This document shows, in pieces, positions 9,294 through 19,618 of a stretch of DNA of 64,000 nt. The stretch is from Pirellulaceae bacterium (GTDB taxonomy: Bacteria > Planctomycetota > Planctomycetia > Pirellulales > Pirellulaceae): NCBI GenBank assembly GCA_035440305.1, contig DAORMC010000002.1:1295-65294 (forward strand), in the 5' to 3' direction. The notes under the pieces are model-generated. The model was not told where the DNA came from, made no database searches, and worked only from the letters and a program-made list of their open reading frames with translations. Position numbers and translations under genes: made by a program. The stretch's first letter is position 1. Every line of letters begins with the position of its first letter.

Positions 9294-9622
9294 CGCCACG
9301 GAACCGGTTTCCCGCGATGTATCGGGAGCATCCTGGCGATGAGGTCGGCGCTCCACTCGGCTCGTCCTGCCTGACGAGACCGAAGAACGAAGCGAGGATT
9401 CGCGAGAACAACCGACGGAACGCCCGAAGGACCGATCGCGACGACGAGCGGTCCGAACTCGATTCCGGTCCCCTCAACATCCGCAGCCCGTGATGCCGAC
9501 CGCAGCCGGCGATCCCGGACACCCCCTTTCTACGACATTCGTTTCGTGCTTCAATGGGCGCACGTTGACCGACAGCCGGTCGGTCGAGGGCGTTCCGGAA
9601 CTGCGTATCGAACGAGGGGTCC

Positions 9623-11059
9623 ATGAGCGTGCGCGTCGTCGTGGCGGAGGGAGACGGAGTCGGTCCCGAGATCACTCGCGCGGTCCTGAAGATCATCCGC
9701 GCGGCCGAAGCGCCGATCGAATGGGAGCCGATTCGGGTCGGACAGGCGATCTACGAACAGGGAAACACCTCCGGCGTTCCGGCCGATGCCTGGGGAGCGA
9801 TCCGCCGTCACGGCGTGCTCCTCAAGGGGCCGATCACGACGCCGCAGGGGAAGGGCTTCAAGAGCGTCAACGTCACCATCCGCAAGGCGCTCAACCTGTT
9901 CGCCAACGTCCGTCCCTGCAAGGCCTACGCCCCGTTTGTCGCCTCGCCGCATCCCGGCATGAACCTGGTCATCGTCCGCGAGAACGAGGAAGACCTGTAC
10001 GCCGGCATCGAACACCGACAGACCCCCGAAGTCCGGCAGGTCCTGAAGCTGGTGACTCGCCCCGGCTGCGAGAAGATCATCCGCTACGCGTTCGAGTACG
10101 CTCGCGCCTACGGTCGCCGCAAGGTCTCGTGCATGACCAAGGACAACATCATGAAGCAGACCGACGGTCTGTTTCATCAGGTGTTCGACGAGGTCGCGGC
10201 GGAGTATCCCGAGATCGAGGCGAACCATTTCATCATCGACATCGGAGCGGCGCGACTGGCCGCCAGCCCCGAGATCTTCGACGTCATCGTCACGCTCAAC
10301 CTGTACGGCGACATCCTCTCGGACATCGCCGCCCAGATCGCCGGCTCGGTCGGCTTCGCCTCGTCCGCCAACGTCGGCGAGCAGGTGTCGATGTTCGAGG
10401 CGGTGCACGGCTCGGCTCCCGACATCGCCGGACGCGGGATCGCCAATCCGTCCGGCCTGCTGATCGCCGCGACTCAGTTGCTCGTTCACGTCGGCCTTTC
10501 GGAGCAGGCCTCGGTCATCAAGAACGCCTGGCTCCGTACTCTCGAAGACGGCATCCATACCCCCGACGTCCATCGCGAAGCGATCAGCTCGCGCAAGGTC
10601 GGTACCGACGACTTCGCCGAAGCGATCATCGAGCGACTGGGAAGCGAGCCGCGAGTGCTCGAACCGGTCCGCTACCGGACGACGCGTCCGATTCAGGTCA
10701 GCTATCGCACGACGCCGACCGAGCAACGACTGGTCGGCGTCGACGTCTTTCTCGGCTGGGACCAGGAAGGGCGAGACCCGAACGTGCTGGCGGAGCATCT
10801 GCACCGGGCGTCGACCGACACGCTGCGCCTGGGGCTGATCACCAACCGAGGGGTCAAGGTCTACCCCGACGGCCTTCCCGAAACCTTCCGGACCGACCAT
10901 TGGCGTTGTCGCTTCAAGGCCGAGGCGGACGAGATCCCTTACGCACGGGTCATCGAACTGCTGCAGCGAATCGACCAGGCCGGCCTGCGCGTCATCAAGA
11001 CCGAGAACCTCTACACCTTCGACGGCTCGCCCGGCTTCTCGTTGGGGCAGGGGGAATAG
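9623..11059 (+). CDS. icd: Isocitrate dehydrogenase (isocitrate/isopropylmalate dehydrogenase family, long 478-aa form)
   Basis: 'VVVAEGDGVGPEI', 'LLKGPITTP', 'NVTIRKALNLFANVRPC', 'NLVIVRENEEDLYAGIEH', 'LNLYGDILSDIAAQIAGSVG' and 'FEAVHGSAPDIAG' are the canonical family motifs. Confidence 0.9.
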   Translation: MSVRVVVAEGDGVGPEITRAVLKIIRAAEAPIEWEPIRVGQAIYEQGNTSGVPADAWGAIRRHGVLLKGPITTPQGKGFKSVNVTIRKALNLFANVRPCKAYAPFVASPHPGMNLVIVRENEEDLYAGIEHRQTPEVRQVLKLVTRPGCEKIIRYAFEYARAYGRRKVSCMTKDNIMKQTDGLFHQVFDEVAAEYPEIEANHFIIDIGAARLAASPEIFDVIVTLNLYGDILSDIAAQIAGSVGFASSANVGEQVSMFEAVHGSAPDIAGRGIANPSGLLIAATQLLVHVGLSEQASVIKNAWLRTLEDGIHTPDVHREAISSRKVGTDDFAEAIIERLGSEPRVLEPVRYRTTRPIQVSYRTTPTEQRLVGVDVFLGWDQEGRDPNVLAEHLHRASTDTLRLGLITNRGVKVYPDGLPETFRTDHWRCRFKAEADEIPYARVIELLQRIDQAGLRVIKTENLYTFDGSPGFSLGQGE

Positions 11060-11266
11060 CGCACCGAGCGGTCCCGAGCGGACGATTTCCGATGGGGCGG
11101 AGGGGGACGATTCCGGTTTCGCGAACGGCGGTCGGGACGACCGGAGCGGTCCCCCTTGGCAACCGCTCCGGACCGGCCAACGGTAGGAGACCGGTGTTTC
11201 GAACGATTTCGTCTCGGAACGCCGTTCCCGCTTCCGCTCGCTTCCTCCGATCGTCGGACCTCGACC

Positions 11267-11998
11267 ATGAACGGCATCGCGATTCTCGGCGCCTCGGGGA
11301 CCATCGGCAGCGCCGTTGCGCGGCGGCTGGTCGCGGCCGGGCGTCCCGTTCTTCTCGTCGGGCGTGACGCCGAGCGACTTGCACCGCTCGCCGCCGAACT
11401 CGATCAGCCGATGGAGACGGTCGACTTCCGCAGCAGCGCCGATCTCGAAGCGGCTCTCGAGCGACGGATCGCGAGCGGCCTGCAGCTCGGCGGTATCGTC
11501 AACGCCATCGGCTCGGTGCTGCTGAAGGGGGCTCATGCGACGTCGGACGAGGAGTTCCGCGAGACGCTCGAGACGAACCTCTTCACCTCGTTCGCGGCAG
11601 TTCGCGCCGCCGGCAAGCTGCTGCGCTCCACGGGGGGCTCGATCGTCCTCTTCGCCAGTGCCGCCGCCGAGATCGGCATCCAGAATCATGAGGCGATCGC
11701 GGCGGCCAAGGCGGGCGTCATCGGACTCGCACGCTCCGCGGCCGCCACTTACGCCGGCAACGATCTCCGCTTCAACGTCGTCAGCCCCGGTCTGGTCCGG
11801 ACCGAGATGACCAAGCGGATCTGGCAGAATCCCGCTTCGGCCGCCGCCTCCGAATCGATGCACGCCCTGAAGCGTCTGGGCGATCCCGATCAGGTCGCGT
11901 CGCTCGTCCAGTGGCTGGTCGATCCGCAGAACGACTGGGTGACCGGCCAGGTCTTCGGCATCGACGGCGGTCTCGGCCACGTACTCGCTCGTCGGTAG
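11267..11998 (+). CDS. Short-chain dehydrogenase/reductase (SDR)
   Basis: Start at ATG 11267 (MNGIAILGASGTIGSAV = TGxxxGxG Rossmann motif). It also has 'NAIG' and the 'AAAKAG' Y/AxxxK-region equivalent. The ORF-track start at 11156 adds a non-homologous leader. Confidence 0.8.
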   Translation: MNGIAILGASGTIGSAVARRLVAAGRPVLLVGRDAERLAPLAAELDQPMETVDFRSSADLEAALERRIASGLQLGGIVNAIGSVLLKGAHATSDEEFRETLETNLFTSFAAVRAAGKLLRSTGGSIVLFASAAAEIGIQNHEAIAAAKAGVIGLARSAAATYAGNDLRFNVVSPGLVRTEMTKRIWQNPASAAASESMHALKRLGDPDQVASLVQWLVDPQNDWVTGQVFGIDGGLGHVLARR

Positions 11999-12109
11999 CG
12001 TGCGAACGGCGGATGGACGATCCGCCGTCCGAACGGCGACCGGCCGACGCACTCCCTTTCGTCCGCTTCGCTACGGCTCTCGAACGAACGCGATTCTCGC
12101 GAGACGACC

Positions 12110-13366
12110 ATGAGCAATCGACCGGTGGTGATCGTCGGTGCCGGCCTCGCCGGCCTCTCCTGCGCACGCACGCTGCTCGCTCGCGGGATCGACGTCGTCG
12201 TCGTCGAACGGGACGCCCGAGTCGGCGGCCGCGTTCGGACCGATCTGATCGACGGCTTTCGAGTCGACCACGGGTTCCAGGTCCTTCAGACCGCCTATCC
12301 CGAAGCGATCGCGCAGCTCGACTACCGTCGCCTGGACCTGCAACGGTTCGAGCCCGGCGCTCTGATCCGAACCGACTCGCGAACCGTTCGCATGGTCGAT
12401 CCGTGGCGATCCCCGGGCAGCGTGCTGAGCACCTGCTTCAACGGAATCGGTACGCTGGCCGACCGATGGCGTCTGGCTCGGTTGCGGCGCCGTGTGACTC
12501 GCGTCTCGGTCGACGAACTCGAGCGGCAACCCGATCTGCCGACCGCCGAGTACCTGAGTCGCGTGTGCGGGTTCTCGAGCGACATGATCGAGCGGTTCTT
12601 TCGTCCCTGGTTCGCCGGAGTCTTTCTCGAGTCGTCGCTGGGATCGAGTCGCCGATTCTTCGACTTCACCTTTCGGATGTTCGCGACCGGCGATGCGGCG
12701 CTGCCGGCCGACGGCATGCAGGCGATCGCGGAACAGATGGCCGAACCGCTCGGCGCCGAGCGGCTTCGCCTGTCGACCGACATCGCCGAGATCGCACCGG
12801 GGCAGCTGCTGACCGGAGCGGGCGAGCGTCTCGACGCGCGAGCGATCGTCGTCGCGGTCGACGGCTTCGCTGCTCACCGACTCTTGCCGTCGTTCGTCGC
12901 CGCTCCCGAGTTCGGCTCGACCTGCTGCCTGCAGTATGCCGCTCCCGAGCCACCGTTCGCCGGCGCTTGGCTGATGCTCGACGGGACGGGGCGAGGCCCG
13001 ATCAATCATCTGTGCGTTCCGAGCAACGTCGCTCGAAGCTACGCCCCTCAGGGCGAGTCGCTGGTAAGTCTCTCGACCGTCGGGCCGGGTCGAGCGGACG
13101 AGGTCCGGTCGCGGGCTCTCGATCAGGCTCGCGCCTGGTTCGGCGATCAGGTCGACCGCTGGAGACTGCTCGCGAAACAGACGATTCCTCGGGCAGTCCC
13201 TCTGAAACGCGCCGGTTCCGACGCGCCGGGATCGCCGCGTCTGGCGGAGGGACTGTACTGCTGCGGCGACCATCGTCGGGCGCCGTCGATCCAGGGAGCG
13301 CTGGCGAGCGGTCGCGCGGCGGCCGAAAGCCTGCTCGCGGAACTGCGAGGGGCTGCAGCGGCCTGA
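12110..13366 (+). CDS. NAD(P)/FAD-dependent oxidoreductase (amine-oxidase/phytoene-desaturase-like)
   Basis: N-terminal 'VVIVGAGLAGLSCARTLLARGIDVVVVERDARVGGRV' dinucleotide-binding motif, and C-terminal 'GLYCCGDHRRAPSIQGALASG' FAD motif. Confidence 0.85.
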   Translation: MSNRPVVIVGAGLAGLSCARTLLARGIDVVVVERDARVGGRVRTDLIDGFRVDHGFQVLQTAYPEAIAQLDYRRLDLQRFEPGALIRTDSRTVRMVDPWRSPGSVLSTCFNGIGTLADRWRLARLRRRVTRVSVDELERQPDLPTAEYLSRVCGFSSDMIERFFRPWFAGVFLESSLGSSRRFFDFTFRMFATGDAALPADGMQAIAEQMAEPLGAERLRLSTDIAEIAPGQLLTGAGERLDARAIVVAVDGFAAHRLLPSFVAAPEFGSTCCLQYAAPEPPFAGAWLMLDGTGRGPINHLCVPSNVARSYAPQGESLVSLSTVGPGRADEVRSRALDQARAWFGDQVDRWRLLAKQTIPRAVPLKRAGSDAPGSPRLAEGLYCCGDHRRAPSIQGALASGRAAAESLLAELRGAAAA

Positions 13367-13470
13367 GCCGATTCGGTGTTGCGCTCGCACGCGCTCGACC
13401 GCGATCGAATCGAATTCCCGTCGCTGCGGAGGGGGAGGGGCGTTAAGCGGACGAGGGGCTCGCGGTCCGC

Positions 13471-13971
13471 TTGGGGTCGGTGATGCGCACCCTCGGAGGA
13501 TCGATCATGTCCCCTCGGCTCCTCGTTCGTTTGGCTCGCTTTCCGCTCGTCGCTCTGGTCGCGGCCGGGATGGGCTGGTTCGGCCTGGCTCTGATGTATG
13601 CCGGTTCCCCGTACGTGCCGTTGTTCGGCGAGTTCTGGACGAACTACGTCATCGTCGCCAGCATCATTCTCTGGTGCAGCGCGGCGTTCTTCCTGCGAGG
13701 TCGAAGCGTGTCGACCTGGCTCTGGTTCGGAGCGTTGTCGCCGCTGCTGGGGGCATCGCTCGCCGCCCCGCCCGCCGGCTTCGTGTTCATCCTGGCCAAG
13801 GGGTATGTCGCCTTTCCGGTCGGCCTGGCGACCGCGTGGCTCGTCTACCGGATCGATCGTCGCATGTTCGGCAGGCGCCAGACCGATACGTCGACTCCCG
13901 AAGTCTCCGCAGCGAACTCGGACCGAAGCGATCCGGCTCCTCATCCTCAGCTGGCGTTCGCCCCGATCTGA
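13471..13971 (+). CDS. Hypothetical small membrane protein (about 4 hydrophobic helices)
   Basis: Only the hydrophobic-segment pattern supports it ('FPLVALVAAGMGWFGLALMY', 'YVIVASIILWCSAAFFL', 'WLWFGALSPLLGASLAA', 'VAFPVGLATAWLVY'). Start uncertain (13471/13483/13507). Confidence 0.4.
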   Translation: MGSVMRTLGGSIMSPRLLVRLARFPLVALVAAGMGWFGLALMYAGSPYVPLFGEFWTNYVIVASIILWCSAAFFLRGRSVSTWLWFGALSPLLGASLAAPPAGFVFILAKGYVAFPVGLATAWLVYRIDRRMFGRRQTDTSTPEVSAANSDRSDPAPHPQLAFAPI

Positions 13972-14067
13972 ACGCGGTCTCGTTCGGACGAGTTCGAGTC
14001 GGTCGTCGTTGGCGAGAGAAAAGCGGAGCCTACCGACCGAACGACGAGGCCGGACCGACTTCGGCGT

Positions 14068-15690
14068 TCAATCCCGATGCGGAGCGATCTCGATCTCGAT
14101 GCGATGCTCATCCGAGTCGTTGAGATCGATGACTCGGTCGATCCAGAGGACCAGCGACGTTCCGGACGCGTCCTTCTCGTAGCCGCGACGGAAGTCCTTC
14201 CCCTCGATCAGACGCTCGCCGTCGAGCTCCAGGTCGATCGGCGTCCGATCGTCGTTCCATTCGGGAACGACGATCGCCGGGTTGGCGAGCCACATGGTCC
14301 CGTGCAGGTGCTCGTCGTCGTAGATCGCGTCGAGCGCAAAACGAATCGCTTCGGGTCCTGCGTTCGCCCGCGGCACGAGATAGGCCCGCTGGGTCGGATC
14401 GTAGGTCGGCCGGTCGTGCCGACCGGCACTCCCGTTGGGCGAGAGGCGATCGTCGGGCATCTGCAGTTCGGGCGGAACGATCCATGACCAGGCGATCGGC
14501 ATGATGGCGCGTCGAGGATCGGCGCTGTCGGTCATGCCGTGCAGATAGATCTGTTCGATCGTCGTTTCGGTCCGGCGATAATGCCACCAGTTGACCAGGT
14601 GCCCGAGCGCGGCGACGTAGCCGATGTTCGGATCGCCGTAGCCGGTCCAGGTCGCGAACGGAAATCGTCGATCTTCTTCCCAGCCGTAGGGAGTCGCCGC
14701 GACGCCGTAAGGCAATGCGACGACGAACGGTCGGTAGCGCGACTTGGACCGGACGAGCAGGATGTTCGCGTCGCGAAAGTCGCCGAAGTCGCTCGGCGGA
14801 CCTTCGGGCATTTCGTAGGCGATCCCTTGCTCGCGCCCCTCAGGTTCGACCGAACCCGGTTCGTTGCCGAACATCCGGATCAGCGTCAGCGCCGGATCGG
14901 TCTCGAGATCGTCGGTCGGGACATGACCGGCGGGACCGATCACGACTGTCTCCATGAACTCATGAATGACCGCCGGCGGTTCGCGATCGAACCCGAACGG
15001 CCGACTCGATCCGGCCAGACCGCTGTGGATCTTCATGTGGCGGACATGAACGCCGTCGGGATAGATCGTGAACCGCTCCTCGCCCCAATCCCCCTTGCCG
15101 TCCAGGTACGGAGAGTCGGTGGGGAGATCGTCGTGAGCGACCTGGAGTTCGGCGTTGACCAGCGCGTAGCGGACTCGGACGACGACCCGCGCCGGCGACT
15201 GATGCTCGATCCAGACGCGAGCGAACCGCGCTTGCTCGTCCATCCCCGCTTCGAACGACGCGTCGGCTCCGGTCCCGTCCCAGTCGCGCGGATCGTACGT
15301 TTCGGCGGCGAAATGCGCGAACTTCAGCCCGTTCTCGGCGACCTGGCAGAAGTGCCAGGGGAGATCGAACGACATGCCGATCGGCTGCCGGTCGAAGGTG
15401 ACCTTCACCGCGCCGACCAGTCGATCGGGGTCAGGGGGCCGATCGCTGTCGGGCCCTTCGGCCGCGAAGCGAACTTCCCCCGCTTCGGCGTCCGGCGATC
15501 GGGACGGACCGGCGATCTGCGACGCGAGCCGCAAGGAGGTCCCGACGACGATCGTCGCGCCGAGCAGCAATCCGAGCGCGAGGCCGCGGATCGCTCCGGC
15601 TCGCGGGAGCGCACCCTCGAAGCTCGCAAGCCGCCTTCGCATCGTCACGCTCCTCGCCTCGAGCTCGCGTCGTCCGTGGTCGGTGTTCAT
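14068..15690 (-). CDS. Hypothetical secreted/membrane-anchored protein, 540 aa, family not recognised
   Basis: Long ORF with the N-terminal anchor 'GLALGLLLGATIVVGTSL'. It lies 30 bp downstream of, and co-directional with, the esterase gene. Alternative start at ATG 15642. Confidence 0.65.
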   Translation of the reverse strand: MNTDHGRRELEARSVTMRRRLASFEGALPRAGAIRGLALGLLLGATIVVGTSLRLASQIAGPSRSPDAEAGEVRFAAEGPDSDRPPDPDRLVGAVKVTFDRQPIGMSFDLPWHFCQVAENGLKFAHFAAETYDPRDWDGTGADASFEAGMDEQARFARVWIEHQSPARVVVRVRYALVNAELQVAHDDLPTDSPYLDGKGDWGEERFTIYPDGVHVRHMKIHSGLAGSSRPFGFDREPPAVIHEFMETVVIGPAGHVPTDDLETDPALTLIRMFGNEPGSVEPEGREQGIAYEMPEGPPSDFGDFRDANILLVRSKSRYRPFVVALPYGVAATPYGWEEDRRFPFATWTGYGDPNIGYVAALGHLVNWWHYRRTETTIEQIYLHGMTDSADPRRAIMPIAWSWIVPPELQMPDDRLSPNGSAGRHDRPTYDPTQRAYLVPRANAGPEAIRFALDAIYDDEHLHGTMWLANPAIVVPEWNDDRTPIDLELDGERLIEGKDFRRGYEKDASGTSLVLWIDRVIDLNDSDEHRIEIEIAPHRD

Positions 15691-15719
15691 GAGGTCGGCC
15701 GATCGTCCTTAGCGAGCGG

Positions 15720-16949
15720 TCACCGCGTTTCGGCCTTCTTCATCAGTTCGAGATTCGCCTGAGCGAAGGCTCTGCCGACGGCGGCAAGCGTGCGGGCGCA
15801 GCCCAGGTAGTGGTAGCCGCCGTTCGATGCGCCTCGTTTCCAGAGCGCCGCTTCGGCGGGCGAGATCAGTTCCTGTTCGTACTTCCGCACGGACGCATCG
15901 ATCTCTTCGGCCGACATCTTCCCGTCGGCGTTCGCATGCTCCGGGTGTTTCGATTCCAGATACCAGCGCTGCTGTCCGACCTGCTCGTGTTTCCGATCGA
16001 TCGCGCCGAGTTCGTCGGACCAGAACGGAGCGGTCGGCACGGCGATGACGTTGTCGCGAAACTCGGGAAGTTCGGCGACCGAAGCCTGAGCCGCGCGGAA
16101 GTTCCGTTGCGACGCGTCGATCTCGTCGTCGGCGCCACCGATTCCCATGACACCGATCACTACGGGAAGTTGCGGGGCGTCGAGATCCCGGCGGACGTCG
16201 CGGATCAGATGGCCGAGCAGGTCGGCGTACTCGCGATAACCGTCGGGCTTGTCGCCATCGGGATACGACCAGCCGTCGACCAGATCGTTGAACCCCTGGA
16301 ACCAGACGAAGCCGGCCAGCTCGTACCCTCGTGCCGGATCGTAATCCGGAACGACTCGCGGCAGATCTCCGAGCACCTGCTTCACGTGCTCGATCATGTG
16401 CCGATAGAAGACGCCGTTCAGTTCCCGTTCGTGGCGTTCGGCTTCGGCATCCGGATCGAGTCCGCGTTCGCGCCACTGATCTCGGATGAACTGGCTGAAG
16501 ACGCGCGGACCGGCGCTCGGCGGGCGAAAGTCGGTCATCAGACTCCGGCCTCCCCACGCCGTCTTGATGATCAGGATCGGGCCGTCGATCGAGCGCGCCA
16601 TCGTGATGCCGAAGGTCAGCTCGGGACCGATCTTCTCGGTCGAGGCGCCGAAACCGGCGGTCAGCGGACCGACCTGTTCGATGACGTCCGACCAGCCGTC
16701 TCCGGCGCAACCGACCGACGTGATCCGGACTCTCTCGATCACCCTGAACGACCCGTCCTCGGCACGGATGTCGTTCAGCAGTCCGGCGGTCGACGGATCG
16801 TCGGCCAGATAGTCGAGCGTCGAGACGTCGGCATGCCCCTGCATGTTCGACTGACCGGCGAGGATGAAGACCTTCAGCGGTCCCTCGACGCCCGACGCGG
16901 TCGAGGCGAGGGCGAGCAGGCCGAATAGGGAGTGAAGAAGTCGTTTCAT
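15720..16949 (-). CDS. Sialate O-acetylesterase-like carbohydrate esterase (DUF303/SGNH-type)
   Basis: Signal peptide 'MKRLLHSLFGLLALASTASG' followed by 'KVFILAGQSNMQGH', the diagnostic GQSNM block of this esterase family. Confidence 0.75.
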   Translation of the reverse strand: MKRLLHSLFGLLALASTASGVEGPLKVFILAGQSNMQGHADVSTLDYLADDPSTAGLLNDIRAEDGSFRVIERVRITSVGCAGDGWSDVIEQVGPLTAGFGASTEKIGPELTFGITMARSIDGPILIIKTAWGGRSLMTDFRPPSAGPRVFSQFIRDQWRERGLDPDAEAERHERELNGVFYRHMIEHVKQVLGDLPRVVPDYDPARGYELAGFVWFQGFNDLVDGWSYPDGDKPDGYREYADLLGHLIRDVRRDLDAPQLPVVIGVMGIGGADDEIDASQRNFRAAQASVAELPEFRDNVIAVPTAPFWSDELGAIDRKHEQVGQQRWYLESKHPEHANADGKMSAEEIDASVRKYEQELISPAEAALWKRGASNGGYHYLGCARTLAAVGRAFAQANLELMKKAETR

Positions 16950-17234
16950 GCGTCACACGTCACGGAGAAGGAAGAGAGACCGAGTACCGCGTCTCGGTAC
17001 GATCGGCCCGGCAATCGTTCGACGATCACCGTAGCGAGTTTCGACGACGAAGAAACGCCCTCGCCGTCGGCATGGTCCCGTTTCGATTCGATTCGTCCCC
17101 GATCGATCGACCGGTAACCGGCGAAAGCCGTACAACAAAGGGGGCGAGCCGACTGATGGCCGGCGTCGGCGGTCGTATCGGACGTGACGCCGAAGCCGCC
17201 GTCCGACCCTTCGTCCGATTCGGAGACGCCTGAG

Positions 17235-19394
17235 ATGAGTATCGAACGACCGAAGAATCGCCGGGCGTCATCGCTGCGAGGGCTTGTTCCTGCTCTGGTG
17301 TCGACCCTGGTCCTGGCGATACTGCCGGGAGTGCTCCTCGCCGACCGCTTCGCGATCCGCATGACCGATCAGCTGATCGGTTACGCCGAAGTCACCGATC
17401 TCGGCGTCGATTCGCAGTCGGGGATCCGCGAAGTGATCGGCCGTGTTCGCCTGCGGCTCGCTCTGGGCGATCAGGTGCGCGAGATCACGATCGATCAACG
17501 GACGCGCTATGACGATCAGGGAAAGGTCCTCTCGTACCTGTCGCACGGCAGTCAAGGGGAATCCTGGAGCGAGGTCGACGGGCGATTCGACGGGCGAACC
17601 GTCACGATCACGCGCCGTGACGGCACCGGAACCGCTGCCGAGACGACCTCCCAGGAGTTGCCCGAGGACTTCGTGCTGCTCGGCTCGAACGACTTCGGAC
17701 ACTTCGATGCGATCGCTGCGCGGCTCGCCAAGCTCGACGGCGATTCGACCGTGCTGCCGATCTTCACTCCCGAAGGAAACGGCGCGGTCGTCGAACTGCG
17801 CGGGACCCGAATCGCGGCGAGCGAGGGGGATCCTGACGGTTCGCGTCGCTGGGCCTTCGACGACCTGAACGTGGTGATCGATCCGGCAACGGGACGACTG
17901 CTCGCCGTCGAGATCCCCTCCCAGTCGACTCGCATCGAACGAGCCAAGGAGTCGATCGTCGACGAGTTCGGCTCGGCCGCTCCGGTCGATCTGCTCGCGC
18001 GGCACTTCATCCGGAGTCCGGTTCGATTCGATGCCCCGTCTCAGGTGACTCGACTGGTCGTCGATCTGAAGGTCCGCGTCATCGGCTCCGGAATCGAGAA
18101 CCCGACATCGATCCTGACGACTTCGATGCAGGCGTTCGATGGGGAGAAGAAACAGGAACGGATCTCGGGGCGTTTGAGCGTCACGACCGTCGAGCGTCCG
18201 GCTGAGGGCATCGCGCCGTATCCGTCCGAGGAGACCGATCCGGAGCTGCAGCGATATCTGCAACCCGAACCGCTGATCGAATCGGATGCCGACGAGATCG
18301 TCGCGATGGCTCGGTCGATCGTCGATCCGCTGGCCGGCGAATCGTCCGATCGCTGGACCGTGACCGAGGCGATCGGACGCTGGACGTTCCGATCGATTCG
18401 ATATCGGATTGCCGAGACTCCATCGGCGCTGGCGGCACTTCGGAATCTGGAGGGCGATTGCGGTCCGCATGCGACTCTGACCGTCGCGATGCTTCGGTCG
18501 CTCGGAATTCCTGCGCGGTTGGTCGGAGGCCTCATGTACACGCCGTCGTTCGGAGGGAGCTTCGGCCAGCATGCCTGGGTCGAGGTGCATCTGGGCGAGG
18601 CCGGGTGGTTCGCCTTCGATCCGACGACCGGCGAGTTCGATCGCCTCTCGGCGACACATCTGAAACTGTTCGAAGGGATGGGGGGCGTGATTCCCGAGTC
18701 GCTCGAGGTGGTCGAGTTCGCGCCGCACGCCGAACCGACCGCCGCACCTCAGTGGGAGGCGACGCGAGCGTTTCCGTACGAACTCGGAACACGCTATCGC
18801 TACGAGTATCGAGTGGCAGGCGAGGTGCTGGGATCCGAGACGTTTCGGTTCGTCCACGGTGACGACGACTCGATCGTGCTCGAAGCCGACATCGATCTCG
18901 GTGCAGGGCTCACCGCACATCGGTCCCGGGCGAAACTCGTCGCGCGTCGCGACGGGGCGGTCGACCGCTTCGATCGAACGATCGAGGGACTGCTGCGCTC
19001 GACGCTGGAGTGCGAGTTCCGCGATGGGACCGTCGTCGCAAGGAATCGCGCGAACTTGCGAGATCGACGTCTCGAACTTGAAGCCGGACCGGCAACGCGA
19101 TGCTTCGACAACAACCTGATCTCGAGCTTCGCGCTGATGGGATACGGTTGGGTAATGGACAAGGAGGGGGCGTTCGCCGTCGACACGTATCACGCTTCGA
19201 CGATGACGATCCTGCGACTGACCTTTCGAGTCGGACCGCCGAGCGAGCTGGTCTGGGGGGATTCGACCGTCCGCGGACGATGGTGCGATGTGTCTCCGAT
19301 CGAGAACCGCTTTTTCTTCGACTCGCAAGGGCGACTGCTGCGGATCGAGCAGGGGACACTCGTGGTCGAACTCGATCCGGCGGACGGAGGGTAG
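17235..19394 (+). CDS. Transglutaminase-like domain protein, large, membrane-anchored
   Basis: Start at ATG 17235 (the ORF-track start 17184 is GTG). N-terminal anchor 'LVPALVSTLVLAILPGVLL'. Cys-His-Asp core 'EGDCGPHATLTVAMLRSLGIPARLV ... GQHAWVEVHL ... FAFDPT'. Confidence 0.8.
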   Translation: MSIERPKNRRASSLRGLVPALVSTLVLAILPGVLLADRFAIRMTDQLIGYAEVTDLGVDSQSGIREVIGRVRLRLALGDQVREITIDQRTRYDDQGKVLSYLSHGSQGESWSEVDGRFDGRTVTITRRDGTGTAAETTSQELPEDFVLLGSNDFGHFDAIAARLAKLDGDSTVLPIFTPEGNGAVVELRGTRIAASEGDPDGSRRWAFDDLNVVIDPATGRLLAVEIPSQSTRIERAKESIVDEFGSAAPVDLLARHFIRSPVRFDAPSQVTRLVVDLKVRVIGSGIENPTSILTTSMQAFDGEKKQERISGRLSVTTVERPAEGIAPYPSEETDPELQRYLQPEPLIESDADEIVAMARSIVDPLAGESSDRWTVTEAIGRWTFRSIRYRIAETPSALAALRNLEGDCGPHATLTVAMLRSLGIPARLVGGLMYTPSFGGSFGQHAWVEVHLGEAGWFAFDPTTGEFDRLSATHLKLFEGMGGVIPESLEVVEFAPHAEPTAAPQWEATRAFPYELGTRYRYEYRVAGEVLGSETFRFVHGDDDSIVLEADIDLGAGLTAHRSRAKLVARRDGAVDRFDRTIEGLLRSTLECEFRDGTVVARNRANLRDRRLELEAGPATRCFDNNLISSFALMGYGWVMDKEGAFAVDTYHASTMTILRLTFRVGPPSELVWGDSTVRGRWCDVSPIENRFFFDSQGRLLRIEQGTLVVELDPADGG

Positions 19395-19618
19395 TCGAAG
19401 CGGCAGAAGCGATTCGCGTCAGCGGAGATGTCGACCACGACCGTCGATCGATCGGGGTCCCTGACGCGCTACGCTCACCTCGACGAACCCTTCGCGCTTC
19501 GAGGTCTCTCCTCCGCTTCGTCCCCCTCGGCTACGATCGAAGCGTTCTTGAATGACACGGAGCGGCGGTTTCGCGGCGGGACGTCGGTCGTCTGCTTCGA
19601 GGTGACGGGGTAACGGTC

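Noticed and set aside
9551-12052. 833-aa minus-strand ORF spanning icd and the SDR gene
   Set aside because: It is antisense to two genes with unmistakable family motifs. Its product is Arg/Gly/Pro/Asp-rich low complexity, which is typical of stop-codon-poor antisense frames in high-GC DNA.
11911-13446. 511-aa plus-strand ORF overlapping the FAD oxidoreductase in another frame
   Set aside because: Its translation is extremely Arg/Ser/Pro-rich. The 12110 frame has canonical dinucleotide-binding and FAD motifs.
17268-19328. 686-aa minus-strand ORF
   Set aside because: It is antisense to the transglutaminase-like gene and has no recognisable content. The long antisense ORFs at 20980-22716, 27729-29162, 29144-30814, 46448-47911, 51588-52754 and 56504-58099 were rejected for the same reason.
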